Source: Bdellovibrionales bacterium
Lineage (GTDB): Bacteria > Bdellovibrionota > Bdellovibrionia > Bdellovibrionales > UBA1609
Direction: 5' to 3'
Length of the DNA: 64,000 nucleotides
Assembly: GCA_965199825.1 (NCBI GenBank)
Contig: OZ241329.1
Location: 1,984,001 to 2,048,000, forward strand
The notes under the pieces are model-generated. The model was not told where the DNA came from and did no database searches. It saw nothing but the letters and a program-made list of their open reading frames with translations. Position 1 is the first letter of the stretch. The number at the start of each line of letters is the position of its first letter. The position numbers were made by a program, and so were the translations under genes. Shown in pieces: positions 1-8,987 of this stretch.

Positions 1-773
1 CGACCAATTTCGAGCGGCGAAAGGGGAGTTAACAGCTCGGTAAAATGCGAGAGTGCCGATCTGGTAAAATGTGATTTGGTTTCTGAGCGAAGTCTTAAGG
101 GGACGTAGAGTCGCGGAACACTTTTGGCGATCACTCGTGCAAGTGCGCGAATTGAACCGCTCGATCCAATGGCCCTTGTCACATGAATTTTGGTTAGAGT
201 CTTTTCGTGGCGGTGAAGATGCCGGCGAATGTAGCGCCGCATATGGCTGATTTTTTTGCCCGAAGGAAAAAGCTGTTGGAGTCGGACCGATCCCAATTTC
301 AAACTCATAGATGCGATGACCTTTTTGCCGCGGCAAAGATTGATCTCGGTGCTGCCACCGCCAATATCGATCAACGCAAACTCGCCAATCAAACTCGGCT
401 CATTATAGAGAATTCCGCGAGCGATAAGTTCGGCCTCGCGCTCTCCCGAAATCACTTTGATCCGAATTTTGGTGAGCTTATAAACTGAAGCAATCAAGGT
501 CTTACTGTTTTTGGCTTCACGCAGGGCTGAGGTCGCAAATGCTTCGAGCAGATCGCAATGTCGCTCTGAAGCCTGACGATGAAATTCGCCCATGGCGATT
601 TTGATTCGACTCATCACCTGGGCTTGGAGCATTCCAGAAGTAAACACTCCGCGCCCTGGTCGCAGCATAATCTTTTGCTTAAAGATGCAGGCCTTCGGTC
701 CTTTGAGAGAACCAAATTCATAGATAGCAAACCGAATAGAGTTTGTTCCCAAATCAATGACGCCGATGCGCAT
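1..773 (-). CDS. ppx: Ppx/GppA exopolyphosphatase (runs off window start)
   Basis: Not in the ORF track. Manual minus-strand translation from ATG 773 gives MRIGVIDLGTNSIRF...AFATSALREAKN...VISGEREAELIARG...LIDIGGGSTEI, all ASKHA/Ppx motifs. Divergent from pstS. Confidence 0.9.
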   Translation of the reverse strand, partial: MRIGVIDLGTNSIRFAIYEFGSLKGPKACIFKQKIMLRPGRGVFTSGMLQAQVMSRIKIAMGEFHRQASERHCDLLEAFATSALREAKNSKTLIASVYKLTKIRIKVISGEREAELIARGILYNEPSLIGEFALIDIGGGSTEINLCRGKKVIASMSLKLGSVRLQQLFPSGKKISHMRRYIRRHLHRHEKTLTKIHVTRAIGSSGSIRALARVIAKSVPRLYVPLRLRSETKSHFTRSALSHFTELLTPLSPLEIG

Positions 774-786
774 CCCGCTAGTATGG

Positions 787-846
787 CTGACACAATCTTG
801 ACATTGCAAGGTCTTGTACCTGTTATAGCTGTCTTTGAAATGCAAT
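787..846. promoter_or_regulatory. Candidate Pho boxes in the ppx/pstS divergent promoter region
   Basis: TGACA at 788 and 799 (11-bp period; ATGTCAA-N4-GTGTCAG on the minus strand). Plus-strand GTCTT at 811 and GTTAT at 822 also show an 11-bp period. Directly upstream of an operon encoding PhoB. Confidence 0.45.
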
Positions 847-866
847 CTTCATTCAAAAGGGTCTGA

Positions 867-1835
867 ATGCGGCTTTTGCTCTTTTTGGTTTTGAGTCGGT
901 TTGTTCTTGCCGCACCTTTATTGATCAACGGAACCGGCGCCTCGTTTCCATATCCGCTCTATCTTAAGTGGGTCAGTCACTATCGGACGCTCGATCCCGA
1001 GGTGGCCATCAACTATCAATCGATTGGGAGTGGTGGTGGCATTCAGCAGTTTTTAAAACGCACCACCGATTTTGGAGCGAGCGATTTTTTAATCACCGAC
1101 AAAGATTTGAGTAAAGATTTTTTTCAGCTACCAACAACCTTGGGCGGGGTAGCGATCAGTTACAATCTGCCAGAGCTTGAACAACCCTTAAATCTTTCTC
1201 CCGAAGTTTTGAGCGAGATTTTTTTAAATAAAATAAAAAAATGGGACGATCCAAAAATCAAAGCCCTCAATCCAAACCTGAAGCTGCCAGAAAAAACTTA
1301 TATACTTCCCTGTCATCGCTCCGATGGGAGCGGAACCACCGCAATATTTACGGCTTATTTGGCAACCGGATCAAAAGACTGGAAGTCGAGTAAGGATGCT
1401 AAATTTACAAGCGGTCTTGGAGCCAAAGGCAATGAAGGCGTTATGGGTCTGTTGCGCCAAAATCCTGGAGCGATTGGTTATGTGGAAATGAATTTTGCAA
1501 TCAGCAATCATTTTCCGATGGCAGCTCTTAAAAATAACCGTGGGAATTTTGTTGTTCCCTCGATTCGATCTGTCGAAGAGGCCGCGAAGAACGCCAAACT
1601 CATTGATCCTGAGGTTATAAATAAAAATAATTTAAAGGCCTACCCCCTCGCATCGCTCAGCTATGTGTTCATTTGGAAAACCATGGATAAAGAAAAAGGT
1701 CCGCATCTGGTTCGATTTTTAAAATGGGCGGTGAGCGAAGGCCAAGAGATGAGTGCCACTCTAAATTATGCCCATTTGCCAAAGGGGTTAACCACCGAGG
1801 TGATTGCGGCACTCAACACCATCCAATTTGAATGA
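867..1835 (+). CDS. pstS: Phosphate ABC transporter substrate-binding protein
   Basis: Signal peptide; GASFPYP, YQSIGSGGG, DFGASD and RSDGSGTT motifs. Confidence 0.95.
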   Translation: MRLLLFLVLSRFVLAAPLLINGTGASFPYPLYLKWVSHYRTLDPEVAINYQSIGSGGGIQQFLKRTTDFGASDFLITDKDLSKDFFQLPTTLGGVAISYNLPELEQPLNLSPEVLSEIFLNKIKKWDDPKIKALNPNLKLPEKTYILPCHRSDGSGTTAIFTAYLATGSKDWKSSKDAKFTSGLGAKGNEGVMGLLRQNPGAIGYVEMNFAISNHFPMAALKNNRGNFVVPSIRSVEEAAKNAKLIDPEVINKNNLKAYPLASLSYVFIWKTMDKEKGPHLVRFLKWAVSEGQEMSATLNYAHLPKGLTTEVIAALNTIQFE

Positions 1836-2770
1836 AGACAAAAACAAAAAAAGAGGTCCATACCACCGACCGCATTTTTTACTGGACGCTCAAAATAATG
1901 GCGTGGGCCATCATTGGCCTGCTGCTCTTAATTGTGGGACTTCTCACAGTGCGATCTTTTGAGGTTGTGAGCCGAGTGGGTTTTGGTTTTTTGTTTGGTA
2001 CAAATTGGGATCCCACAACCAACGACTACGGTATTTTATCGGTGCTCTATGGCACGATCGTGACCTCTCTTCTTGCCTTGCTTCTTGCGGTGCCCACAAG
2101 TTTTGCGGTGGCCTTATTTTTAAACGAGCTTTCTCCCCGCTGGCTTTCGGTTCAGTTGTGCTTTTTTGTCGAGATGCTCTCGGCCATCCCTTCGATTGTT
2201 TACGGATTGTGGGGTTTATTTGTGCTGGCTCCGTTTTTACGTAATCATGTTCAGTATTATTTAAGCGAATATTTAGGTAATTCATTTTTATTTAGTGGGC
2301 CTCCTATGGGAGTGGGATTGATGTGTGCAAGCTGTGTGCTTGCGATTATGATTACGCCAACAATCGTTGCCATCTCACGCGAAGTCTTTCGAACAATTCC
2401 AGCAAGCAATCGCGAGGCGGTTCTCGGTCTTGGAGCCACTCGGTGGGAAGTGCTAAAGATCGCGGTCCTTCGCGCAAGCCAGCCCGGATTGATTGCCGCG
2501 GTGATTTTAGGATTGGGACGCGCGATGGGCGAAACCATGGCGGTGACAATGGTCATTGGCAATATGCCCGATATTCATTTTTCGTTATTGTCTGCCGGGC
2601 AAACGATGGCGTCGCTTCTTGCCAACCAATATGCCGAGGCCAGTGACAGCCTTCATCTTTCGGCATTAACGGGTGTGGCATTGTGTTTGTTTTTGGTTTC
2701 GATTTTGACCAATGCGGTGGCTCGCACAGTGGTGTGGCGGATAGAAAATCGCTTCAAAGGAAAAGTATGA
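1832..2770 (+). CDS. pstC: Phosphate ABC transporter permease PstC
   Basis: AIPSIVYGLWG and LGRAMGETMAV; multiple TM segments; ATGA overlap with pstS. Confidence 0.95.
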   Translation: MKTKTKKEVHTTDRIFYWTLKIMAWAIIGLLLLIVGLLTVRSFEVVSRVGFGFLFGTNWDPTTNDYGILSVLYGTIVTSLLALLLAVPTSFAVALFLNELSPRWLSVQLCFFVEMLSAIPSIVYGLWGLFVLAPFLRNHVQYYLSEYLGNSFLFSGPPMGVGLMCASCVLAIMITPTIVAISREVFRTIPASNREAVLGLGATRWEVLKIAVLRASQPGLIAAVILGLGRAMGETMAVTMVIGNMPDIHFSLLSAGQTMASLLANQYAEASDSLHLSALTGVALCLFLVSILTNAVARTVVWRIENRFKGKV

Positions 2771-3597
2771 TTCAGCGAAGAATCAAAAATTATTTTATGC
2801 TGAGTCTTATTTGCCTGCTGTCCTGTTTTGCTGCTGCACCGTTTTTTTATATTAGCTGGTATGTTGTTGAGCATGGAGCGGCTTCACTCACATTTTCTTT
2901 TTTTACTGCACTCCCTAAAGGGCCTGGCGAAATGCAAAGCGGAATGGCCAATGCGATTGCGGGCTCGGCCTGGATGCTTTTGCTCTCAAGTCTGATAGCG
3001 ATTCCTTGGGGCATAGGGGCGGGCGTTTTTTTAAGTGAATATGGCTACGGACGGAGCAATCAGATTTTAAGATTTGGGGTGGATCTTTTGGCGAGTACCC
3101 CATCCATTGTTATAGGTATTTTTGTTTACTGCATTGTGGTTGTGAATTTTGGATTTTCTGCTTATGCCGGTGCGCTTGCCTTAAGTATCTTAATGCTGCC
3201 GATTGTGGCGCGCTCCACTGAAGAAATCTTAAAATTAATTCCTAAACACATTCGCGAAGCCGGATTGGCTCTTGGGATTCCACGTTGGAAGGTGATCGTG
3301 AGAATTCTTTTACCCGGAAGCCGAGCCGGTCTCTTAACCGGCATTATGCTTGCGATTGCTCGAGTGGCAGGTGAGACCGCACCCTTGTTGTTTACCGCTT
3401 TGGGTAATCAATATTTTTCTACAAAATTTAGTGAGCCCACAGCCTCGCTGCCTGTCCAGATTTATAATTTTGCCAAAAGTGGCTACTACGATCTTGAACA
3501 AAAAGCGTGGTCAGGTGCACTTGTGCTTGTTGCCTTTGTTTTTATTTTAAATCTTTTGACCCGGCTGATGTTTCGAACAAAAAGGCAAACCGTGTGA
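2767..3597 (+). CDS. pstA: Phosphate ABC transporter permease PstA
   Basis: FLSEY, PSIVIG and [10 protein letters not shown]; start placed at the ATG overlapping the pstC stop. Confidence 0.95.
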   Translation: MIQRRIKNYFMLSLICLLSCFAAAPFFYISWYVVEHGAASLTFSFFTALPKGPGEMQSGMANAIAGSAWMLLLSSLIAIPWGIGAGVFLSEYGYGRSNQILRFGVDLLASTPSIVIGIFVYCIVVVNFGFSAYAGALALSILMLPIVARSTEEILKLIPKHIREAGLALGIPRWKVIVRILLPGSRAGLLTGIMLAIARVAGETAPLLFTALGNQYFSTKFSEPTASLPVQIYNFAKSGYYDLEQKAWSGALVLVAFVFILNLLTRLMFRTKRQTV

Positions 3598-4352
3598 ATG
3601 AAGTTTTAAAGGTCAAAAATCTTTCTGCCTGGTTTGGTGACCACCAAGTTTTGGATTCGGTCAGTCTCTCGGTTGCAAATCAAGATGTTGCCGCACTTAT
3701 TGGTCCCAGTGGCTGCGGAAAATCCACATTTATACGTTGTCTTAATCGCCTGCACGAAGAAGTCCCCCAAGCCCGGGTCCAGGGCGAGGTGCAATTGCTT
3801 GATCAATCGATCTACGGCTCACAGGTTGATCCGGTGATGGTGCGCCGAAAGGTGGGAATGGTGTTTCAAAAACCAAATCCATTTCCGGGATTGAGTATTT
3901 TTGAAAATGTGGCCATCGGTCTTCAGCTGGCCGGAGTGTCAAGGCGCTCGGTCCTCGAACACAAAGTTGAGAGTGCCTTAAAAAAAGCCGCGTTGTGGGA
4001 AGAGGTGCGCGAGAAATTAAAAGCCTCGGCCAACTCGCTCTCAGGTGGCCAACAACAAAGATTGTGTATTGCTCGAGCCCTTGCGGTTGAACCCACCGTG
4101 CTTTTGATGGATGAGCCGACCTCAGCACTTGATCCCATATCCACCGCAAAGATTGAAGAACTCATTGCCGATTTAAAACAGACAACCACCATCGTCATTG
4201 TCACCCACAACATGCAACAGGCCTCACGCATTTCGGATAAAACCGGATTTTTTCTCTCAGGCCAGTTGGTTGAATACGGCAAAACATCGCGACTATTTAC
4301 CAAACCCAAAGACTCTCGCACCGAACAATATATCACTGGAAGATTCGGCTAA
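3594..4352 (+). CDS. pstB: Phosphate ABC transporter ATPase
   Basis: [44 protein letters not shown] and C-terminal YITGRFG; GTGA overlap start. Confidence 0.97.
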   Translation: MNEVLKVKNLSAWFGDHQVLDSVSLSVANQDVAALIGPSGCGKSTFIRCLNRLHEEVPQARVQGEVQLLDQSIYGSQVDPVMVRRKVGMVFQKPNPFPGLSIFENVAIGLQLAGVSRRSVLEHKVESALKKAALWEEVREKLKASANSLSGGQQQRLCIARALAVEPTVLLMDEPTSALDPISTAKIEELIADLKQTTTIVIVTHNMQQASRISDKTGFFLSGQLVEYGKTSRLFTKPKDSRTEQYITGRFG

Positions 4353-4362
4353 AAGGATAACT

Positions 4363-5034
4363 ATGAACCGTCAATTTGATTCACAACTTCAAGCTCTCAA
4401 AGGTCTTTTACTTTCAATGGGTGGCGCTGTCGAAAAAGCAATCGATGAAGCCTGTGCCGCAGTCCTTAAGCGCGAGGCCAAGCGCCTCGATGAGGTTCAT
4501 ACTCTTGAGCGCACGATCAATAAGCAGCACATCCAAATTGATCAAGACTGTTTTAATTTACTCGCACGGCAAGCACCGGTTGCAAAAGATTTACGACTTA
4601 TTTTGGCTATCGTAAAAATCAATAGCGATCTCGAACGTATGGGAGATCAAGCGGTGAACATCGCATACTCTTGTGCCGATTATTTGAATCACAAGCCGCT
4701 AAAAGTTGTGCCTGATCTGAATGCGATGGCGGTGGCAGTAAGAGGAATGGTCAAAGATTCCTTAGATGCGTTTGTTCGCCGTGATGTGGAGTTATCAAAA
4801 AATGTTTTGGAGCGCGACGATGGGGTTGATGAAGCCAATGCACAATTGCGCTCAACATTGATGGAACAAATACGCGAGAACACTTCAAGTGTTGAAGCCT
4901 GTTTTGATTGGATTATGATTGCAAAGAATCTGGAGCGAGTAGCCGACCACGCCACCAATATCGCCGAAGAGGTGGTATTTTTAGCCACAGGAGATGACAT
5001 TCGCCATGGAAATGTACACGATTCCGATTCCTAA
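4363..5034 (+). CDS. phoU: Phosphate signalling protein PhoU
   Basis: QAPVAKDLR, DLERMGD and LERVADHATNIAE; AAGGA RBS before ATG 4363. Confidence 0.96.
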   Translation: MNRQFDSQLQALKGLLLSMGGAVEKAIDEACAAVLKREAKRLDEVHTLERTINKQHIQIDQDCFNLLARQAPVAKDLRLILAIVKINSDLERMGDQAVNIAYSCADYLNHKPLKVVPDLNAMAVAVRGMVKDSLDAFVRRDVELSKNVLERDDGVDEANAQLRSTLMEQIRENTSSVEACFDWIMIAKNLERVADHATNIAEEVVFLATGDDIRHGNVHDSDS

Positions 5035-5716
5035 GATTCAAAATATTTTGGTTGTCGAAGACGAACCAGAGATCCGCAGTTTGATTTCTATTTCACTGAA
5101 GAGAAATGGATTTGAAGTGATCGAAGCCGCGGATGGTTTAGAGGCTCGCGACAGTGTCAGCAAAAATATTGAGCTGATTGTTTTGGATTGGATGTTGCCC
5201 CATTTGTCGGGTCTCGAAATTACAAGATTTGTGAGGCAAGATCACAATCTGAAACAGATCCCGATATTATTTGTTACCGCAAAAGCCTCGCCCGAAGAGA
5301 TCACCATGGGTCTTGATGCTGGAGCCGATGATTACATGACAAAACCTTTTGATCAAAATGTTCTTCTGGCTCGAGTGCATGCTCTGCTGCGTAGAAAAAA
5401 ATGGCTCGAACTTCCATTAAAAAATCGATTGCAACTGGGCCCTTTAGAAATGGACCTTTCAACATTCGAGGCAAAGCTCAACTCGCAAAACTTAGAGCTC
5501 ACACGTTCTGAATTTTTATTGCTCCAGACCCTTCTCCAAAATCAGGGGCGAGTTCTTTCAAGATCCGCACTGATCGAGCAAATTCAAGGTGAAGGAGTCA
5601 ATGTGGTTGGGCGAACGATCGACACCCATGTTTTTGGATTACGAAAAAAGCTCGGAAATTTTGGCGATATGATTGATACCATTCGCGGAGTGGGCTACCG
5701 CGTTCAACTCATTTGA
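4994..5716 (+). CDS. phoB: OmpR-family response regulator PhoB (start may be 5006 or 5012)
   Basis: REC domain (VVEDE, LDWMLP, GADDYMTKPF) plus winged helix (RTIDTHV..LRKKL, IRGVGY); pho operon context. Confidence 0.88.
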   Translation: MTFAMEMYTIPIPKIQNILVVEDEPEIRSLISISLKRNGFEVIEAADGLEARDSVSKNIELIVLDWMLPHLSGLEITRFVRQDHNLKQIPILFVTAKASPEEITMGLDAGADDYMTKPFDQNVLLARVHALLRRKKWLELPLKNRLQLGPLEMDLSTFEAKLNSQNLELTRSEFLLLQTLLQNQGRVLSRSALIEQIQGEGVNVVGRTIDTHVFGLRKKLGNFGDMIDTIRGVGYRVQLI

Positions 5717-7128
5717 AAACTTCTTATTTTCCTCACCGTTTGTTTTTTTGGTTTGTTTATAAACAAATCGTTTTTTCTGGTCTTGGCCTATTGATTTTGA
5801 GTTTTGGTTTTATCAGTTGGTTTAGCCTTAACGAAAAGCCCTCTTTGATCTGGATGGTGGCAATTTTATTTTTTGCTGCCTTTGTGCTTTTTATTCTCAT
5901 CAGTTTTATAATGGCTAGAGCCCTCGTAATTCCCTTAGGACGTCTGATACAAAAAACCCGAAGGCTCAGACTTTCACCGTTTGAGGAACAAGATGTGTTC
6001 GAAAAACCCTGGGCGCTGGATGAACCTGGTGAATGGTACGATCTCGAACGTGCTCTTAATAAGCTCGGGCAAGATTTAAGACACAAAACCATTCGACTCT
6101 CGCGCGAAAAAACAGAGCTTCGAACTATTATGGCCGCGATGAGCGAAGCTATTTTGGCGATTGATCAAAACCACAGACCTTTATTTCTGAATCCTCAATT
6201 TGCCACATTGTTTTCGCTTCCCCAGGTGGAGCTGCAATCTTTTGCCATTCAAGATTTTTTAAGAAGCCCCGAAATTTTAAGTGCCTATGAGCGCTGTTTG
6301 AGCGAGGGCCAAAATGTTCGGGTCGAGTGCGCTTTTAATATCAATCACACCGACCGCAACTTTTCGGTTTCGGTGGCCCCACTAAGAAAAAAACACAACC
6401 AAGAGATTTACGGCGCAGTCGGAATTTTTTATGACATCACCGAACTCAAAAAAGCCGAACGCATCCGCATCGAATTTGTTGGCAATGTCTCGCATGAGTT
6501 AAGAACTCCACTGACTTCGGTCAAAGGTTACTTGCAAGTGTTAGAATCGGATTTAAGATCTGGGCAGTTTTCAAACACCGCAGAATTTTTGGAAATCATC
6601 CAAAATAATGTCGATCGGTTGATTTTACTCGTCAATGACTTGCTCGATCTCTCAAGTCTTGAGTCCGGGGTAAAACTTAATTTTAGCGAAATTGATTTAA
6701 AGCAACTGACCGAAGGGGTTTTGCAGCAGCTCAATCCGCGCGAGCATGTGATCAAACTCTTTTATGAAGTTGATATTCTTTATGCTGATTTTTTGCGAGT
6801 CGAACAAGTTTTGCGAAATCTTGTTCAGAACGCCCTGAGATATGTTCAAAAAGGGGGATGGATCAGTATCCGTTGGGAAAAAGCAGAATCAAAAACCATT
6901 TTGCGCATCAAAGACAATGGACCCGGAATCCCTCTCAAGCATCAAAAAAGAATTTTTGAACGCTTTTACCGCATCGATGAAGCACGCTCGCGCGAAGTGG
7001 GCGGAACAGGAATTGGTCTTTCGATCGTTAAGCATATTTTAAGTCGTCATAAAGGAGCGGTGCAAATGACGAGTCAAGAAAACGAGGGTGCAGAATTTGT
7101 TTGTGAGTTTCCTAATTTGGTTTTTTAA
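5713..7128 (+). CDS. phoR: Sensor histidine kinase PhoR
   Basis: 2 TM, HAMP-like and PAS-like regions, H-box NVSHELRTPLT, DNGPGIP, IFERFYRID..RSR..GGTGIGLSIVKH. Confidence 0.9.
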   Translation: MKTSYFPHRLFFWFVYKQIVFSGLGLLILSFGFISWFSLNEKPSLIWMVAILFFAAFVLFILISFIMARALVIPLGRLIQKTRRLRLSPFEEQDVFEKPWALDEPGEWYDLERALNKLGQDLRHKTIRLSREKTELRTIMAAMSEAILAIDQNHRPLFLNPQFATLFSLPQVELQSFAIQDFLRSPEILSAYERCLSEGQNVRVECAFNINHTDRNFSVSVAPLRKKHNQEIYGAVGIFYDITELKKAERIRIEFVGNVSHELRTPLTSVKGYLQVLESDLRSGQFSNTAEFLEIIQNNVDRLILLVNDLLDLSSLESGVKLNFSEIDLKQLTEGVLQQLNPREHVIKLFYEVDILYADFLRVEQVLRNLVQNALRYVQKGGWISIRWEKAESKTILRIKDNGPGIPLKHQKRIFERFYRIDEARSREVGGTGIGLSIVKHILSRHKGAVQMTSQENEGAEFVCEFPNLVF

Positions 7129-7324
7129 TCAAATTTTGCGCGATCATTTTTTGAATATCGGGACGACAACTGCCGCCGCAAGCACCAAAACCCGCAGTAC
7201 ACAAATCTCCAACACGATCGACCGATTTTGCTCCGCTTTGAATGGCGGCTAAAACTTCCTCTTCGGTGACGCCGTTGCAGCGACACACAAATTTAAAAGA
7301 TTTTGGCTTTTTTGGGTTCGACAT
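7112..7324 (-). CDS. BFD-like [2Fe-2S]-binding protein
   Basis: VCRCNGV...AG..CGGSCRP cysteine pattern, ~70 aa. Confidence 0.8.
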   Translation of the reverse strand: MSNPKKPKSFKFVCRCNGVTEEEVLAAIQSGAKSVDRVGDLCTAGFGACGGSCRPDIQKMIAQNLIKKPN

Positions 7325-8324
7325 GTTTCGAATCAACAATGCACTCTAAGAGTTGTTTGACCACTTGCTGTTTTATTTCTTGATAATCACCATGAATCAA
7401 CGCACCAGCTGCAAACATATGACCGCCACCTTGAAAGTATTCGGCAATACTTAAAACTTCGGCCTTGCCCTTGCTTCTTAATGACAACTTGTATTCATTT
7501 TTATTTTCTTCGCGAATCAAGGCCGCCACTTGAAGGCTTGTGATATTCATAATCATATCGATCACATCTCGTGAGTCATCGATGTCGAGATCATGGTCAA
7601 TCAAGGTCTGAGCCTGAAGTTTTAAAACCGCAATACGGCCTTCGCCAAAATATTCGATATCGCCTAAGACTTTTGATAAAAAGGCCACTTTTCCTATGGT
7701 GTAGGTTGAAAAAAGATGGCGATGCACATCCTCTGCGGCATTTACAAAATTTAAGAGCTCGGCGGCAATCAGATGTGAGGTTGAAGAATTTTTGACGAAT
7801 TTAAACAACTGAGTGTCAAACACGATGCTGGTATAAAGAGCTTTGGCAATTTTCTCATCCAGCGGAATATTTAATTCTTTGATCAAAGCAAAGGCAATCT
7901 CTCCGGTGGAGGCCGCTGAGGTGTTCACGTAAGAGCCTTTGGTAGGCTCAGGCCCCTGACTTAAAACTGGATGATGATCGATAAATAAAATTTCTTTACT
8001 CTGCTTTTCAAGGGTTGTGTACAGGGGCTCAACCAACCGCCGATCATTCGTATCAAAAACCAAAGTCAGATCGGTGGATTCGATTGGGGTGTGAGCGCCT
8101 TCAAAGGTTTCGAGATATTTTTGGGGCTCTAGAAAAGAATATTTTCGGGCAACTTCATCCACACAAACAATGCGAACAACCTTATCTACTTTTTTAAGGG
8201 CGTGATAAAGAGAGAGCAAGGACCCCAACCCATCGCCGTCACACTGTTTGTGTGTGGTCAGCAAAATGCTTTTGGCGTTCAGAATTTTTTGGGCAATCGC
8301 CTTAAGGGTTTGATTCATCTCCAT
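7293..8324 (-). CDS. nrnA: DHH/DHHA1 phosphoesterase (NrnA-like oligoribonuclease/pAp phosphatase)
   Basis: H..CDGDGLGS, IDHH, SLRS and GGGH..AAG. Confidence 0.88.
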   Translation of the reverse strand: MEMNQTLKAIAQKILNAKSILLTTHKQCDGDGLGSLLSLYHALKKVDKVVRIVCVDEVARKYSFLEPQKYLETFEGAHTPIESTDLTLVFDTNDRRLVEPLYTTLEKQSKEILFIDHHPVLSQGPEPTKGSYVNTSAASTGEIAFALIKELNIPLDEKIAKALYTSIVFDTQLFKFVKNSSTSHLIAAELLNFVNAAEDVHRHLFSTYTIGKVAFLSKVLGDIEYFGEGRIAVLKLQAQTLIDHDLDIDDSRDVIDMIMNITSLQVAALIREENKNEYKLSLRSKGKAEVLSIAEYFQGGGHMFAAGALIHGDYQEIKQQVVKQLLECIVDSKHVEPKKAKIF

Positions 8325-8480
8325 TTATTCGGCTCCCGGGAGAGTGGACTACAGCTTTTTTTACACGGTGAGGCTAAAAATAGCACTCGCCACTGGGGGT
8401 CTTGAACACAATAGTCCTTGAAACAATACTTCAATTCCATATAATCACACCTTTTTTAAGATGAAACACTGGGAGTTCTA

Positions 8481-8960
8481 ATGAAAAGCGACCGCCAACC
8501 TATGACCATTCACGGTAAGGCTAAACTTGAAGCCGAGCTGCGTCACCTCCTCCAGGTTGAACGTCCAGCTGTGATCAAAGCAATCGAAGAGGCCCGTGGG
8601 CACGGCGATCTCAGTGAGAACGCCGACTACGATGCGGCCAAAGAGCGCCAAGGGTTTGTTGAATACCGCATTAGCGATATTCAAAATAAATTGGCCAATG
8701 CAGAAGTTGTGGACACCGCGGTTTTAAATTCGGTGCGGGTGATTTTTGGAGCCCACGTTGAGCTTGAAGATCTTGAAACCTCAGAGCGTGTGACTTACCA
8801 GATCGTTGGCGAAGATGAGTCCGATGTGCGCGGTGGAAAGATTTCGGTTTTCTCCCCCATGGCGCGTTCGATGATCGGAAAATCAAAGGGCGATGTGGTT
8901 GAGCTGCGCAGTCCCAAAGGTGAGCGCGAATTTGAAGTGATCAACTTTTACTTTAAGTAA
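8481..8960 (+). CDS. greA: Transcription elongation factor GreA
   Basis: ARGHGDLSENADYDAAKERQ and ISVFSPMARSMIGK. Confidence 0.97.
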   Translation: MKSDRQPMTIHGKAKLEAELRHLLQVERPAVIKAIEEARGHGDLSENADYDAAKERQGFVEYRISDIQNKLANAEVVDTAVLNSVRVIFGAHVELEDLETSERVTYQIVGEDESDVRGGKISVFSPMARSMIGKSKGDVVELRSPKGEREFEVINFYFK

Positions 8961-8987
8961 GCCCGACGTTTCACTACACTTTTGAGG

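Noticed and set aside
207..928. Short ORFs 207..488, 579..866 and 614..928 in the track
   Set aside because: They are shadows of the real minus-strand ppx frame (start 773) and of pstS
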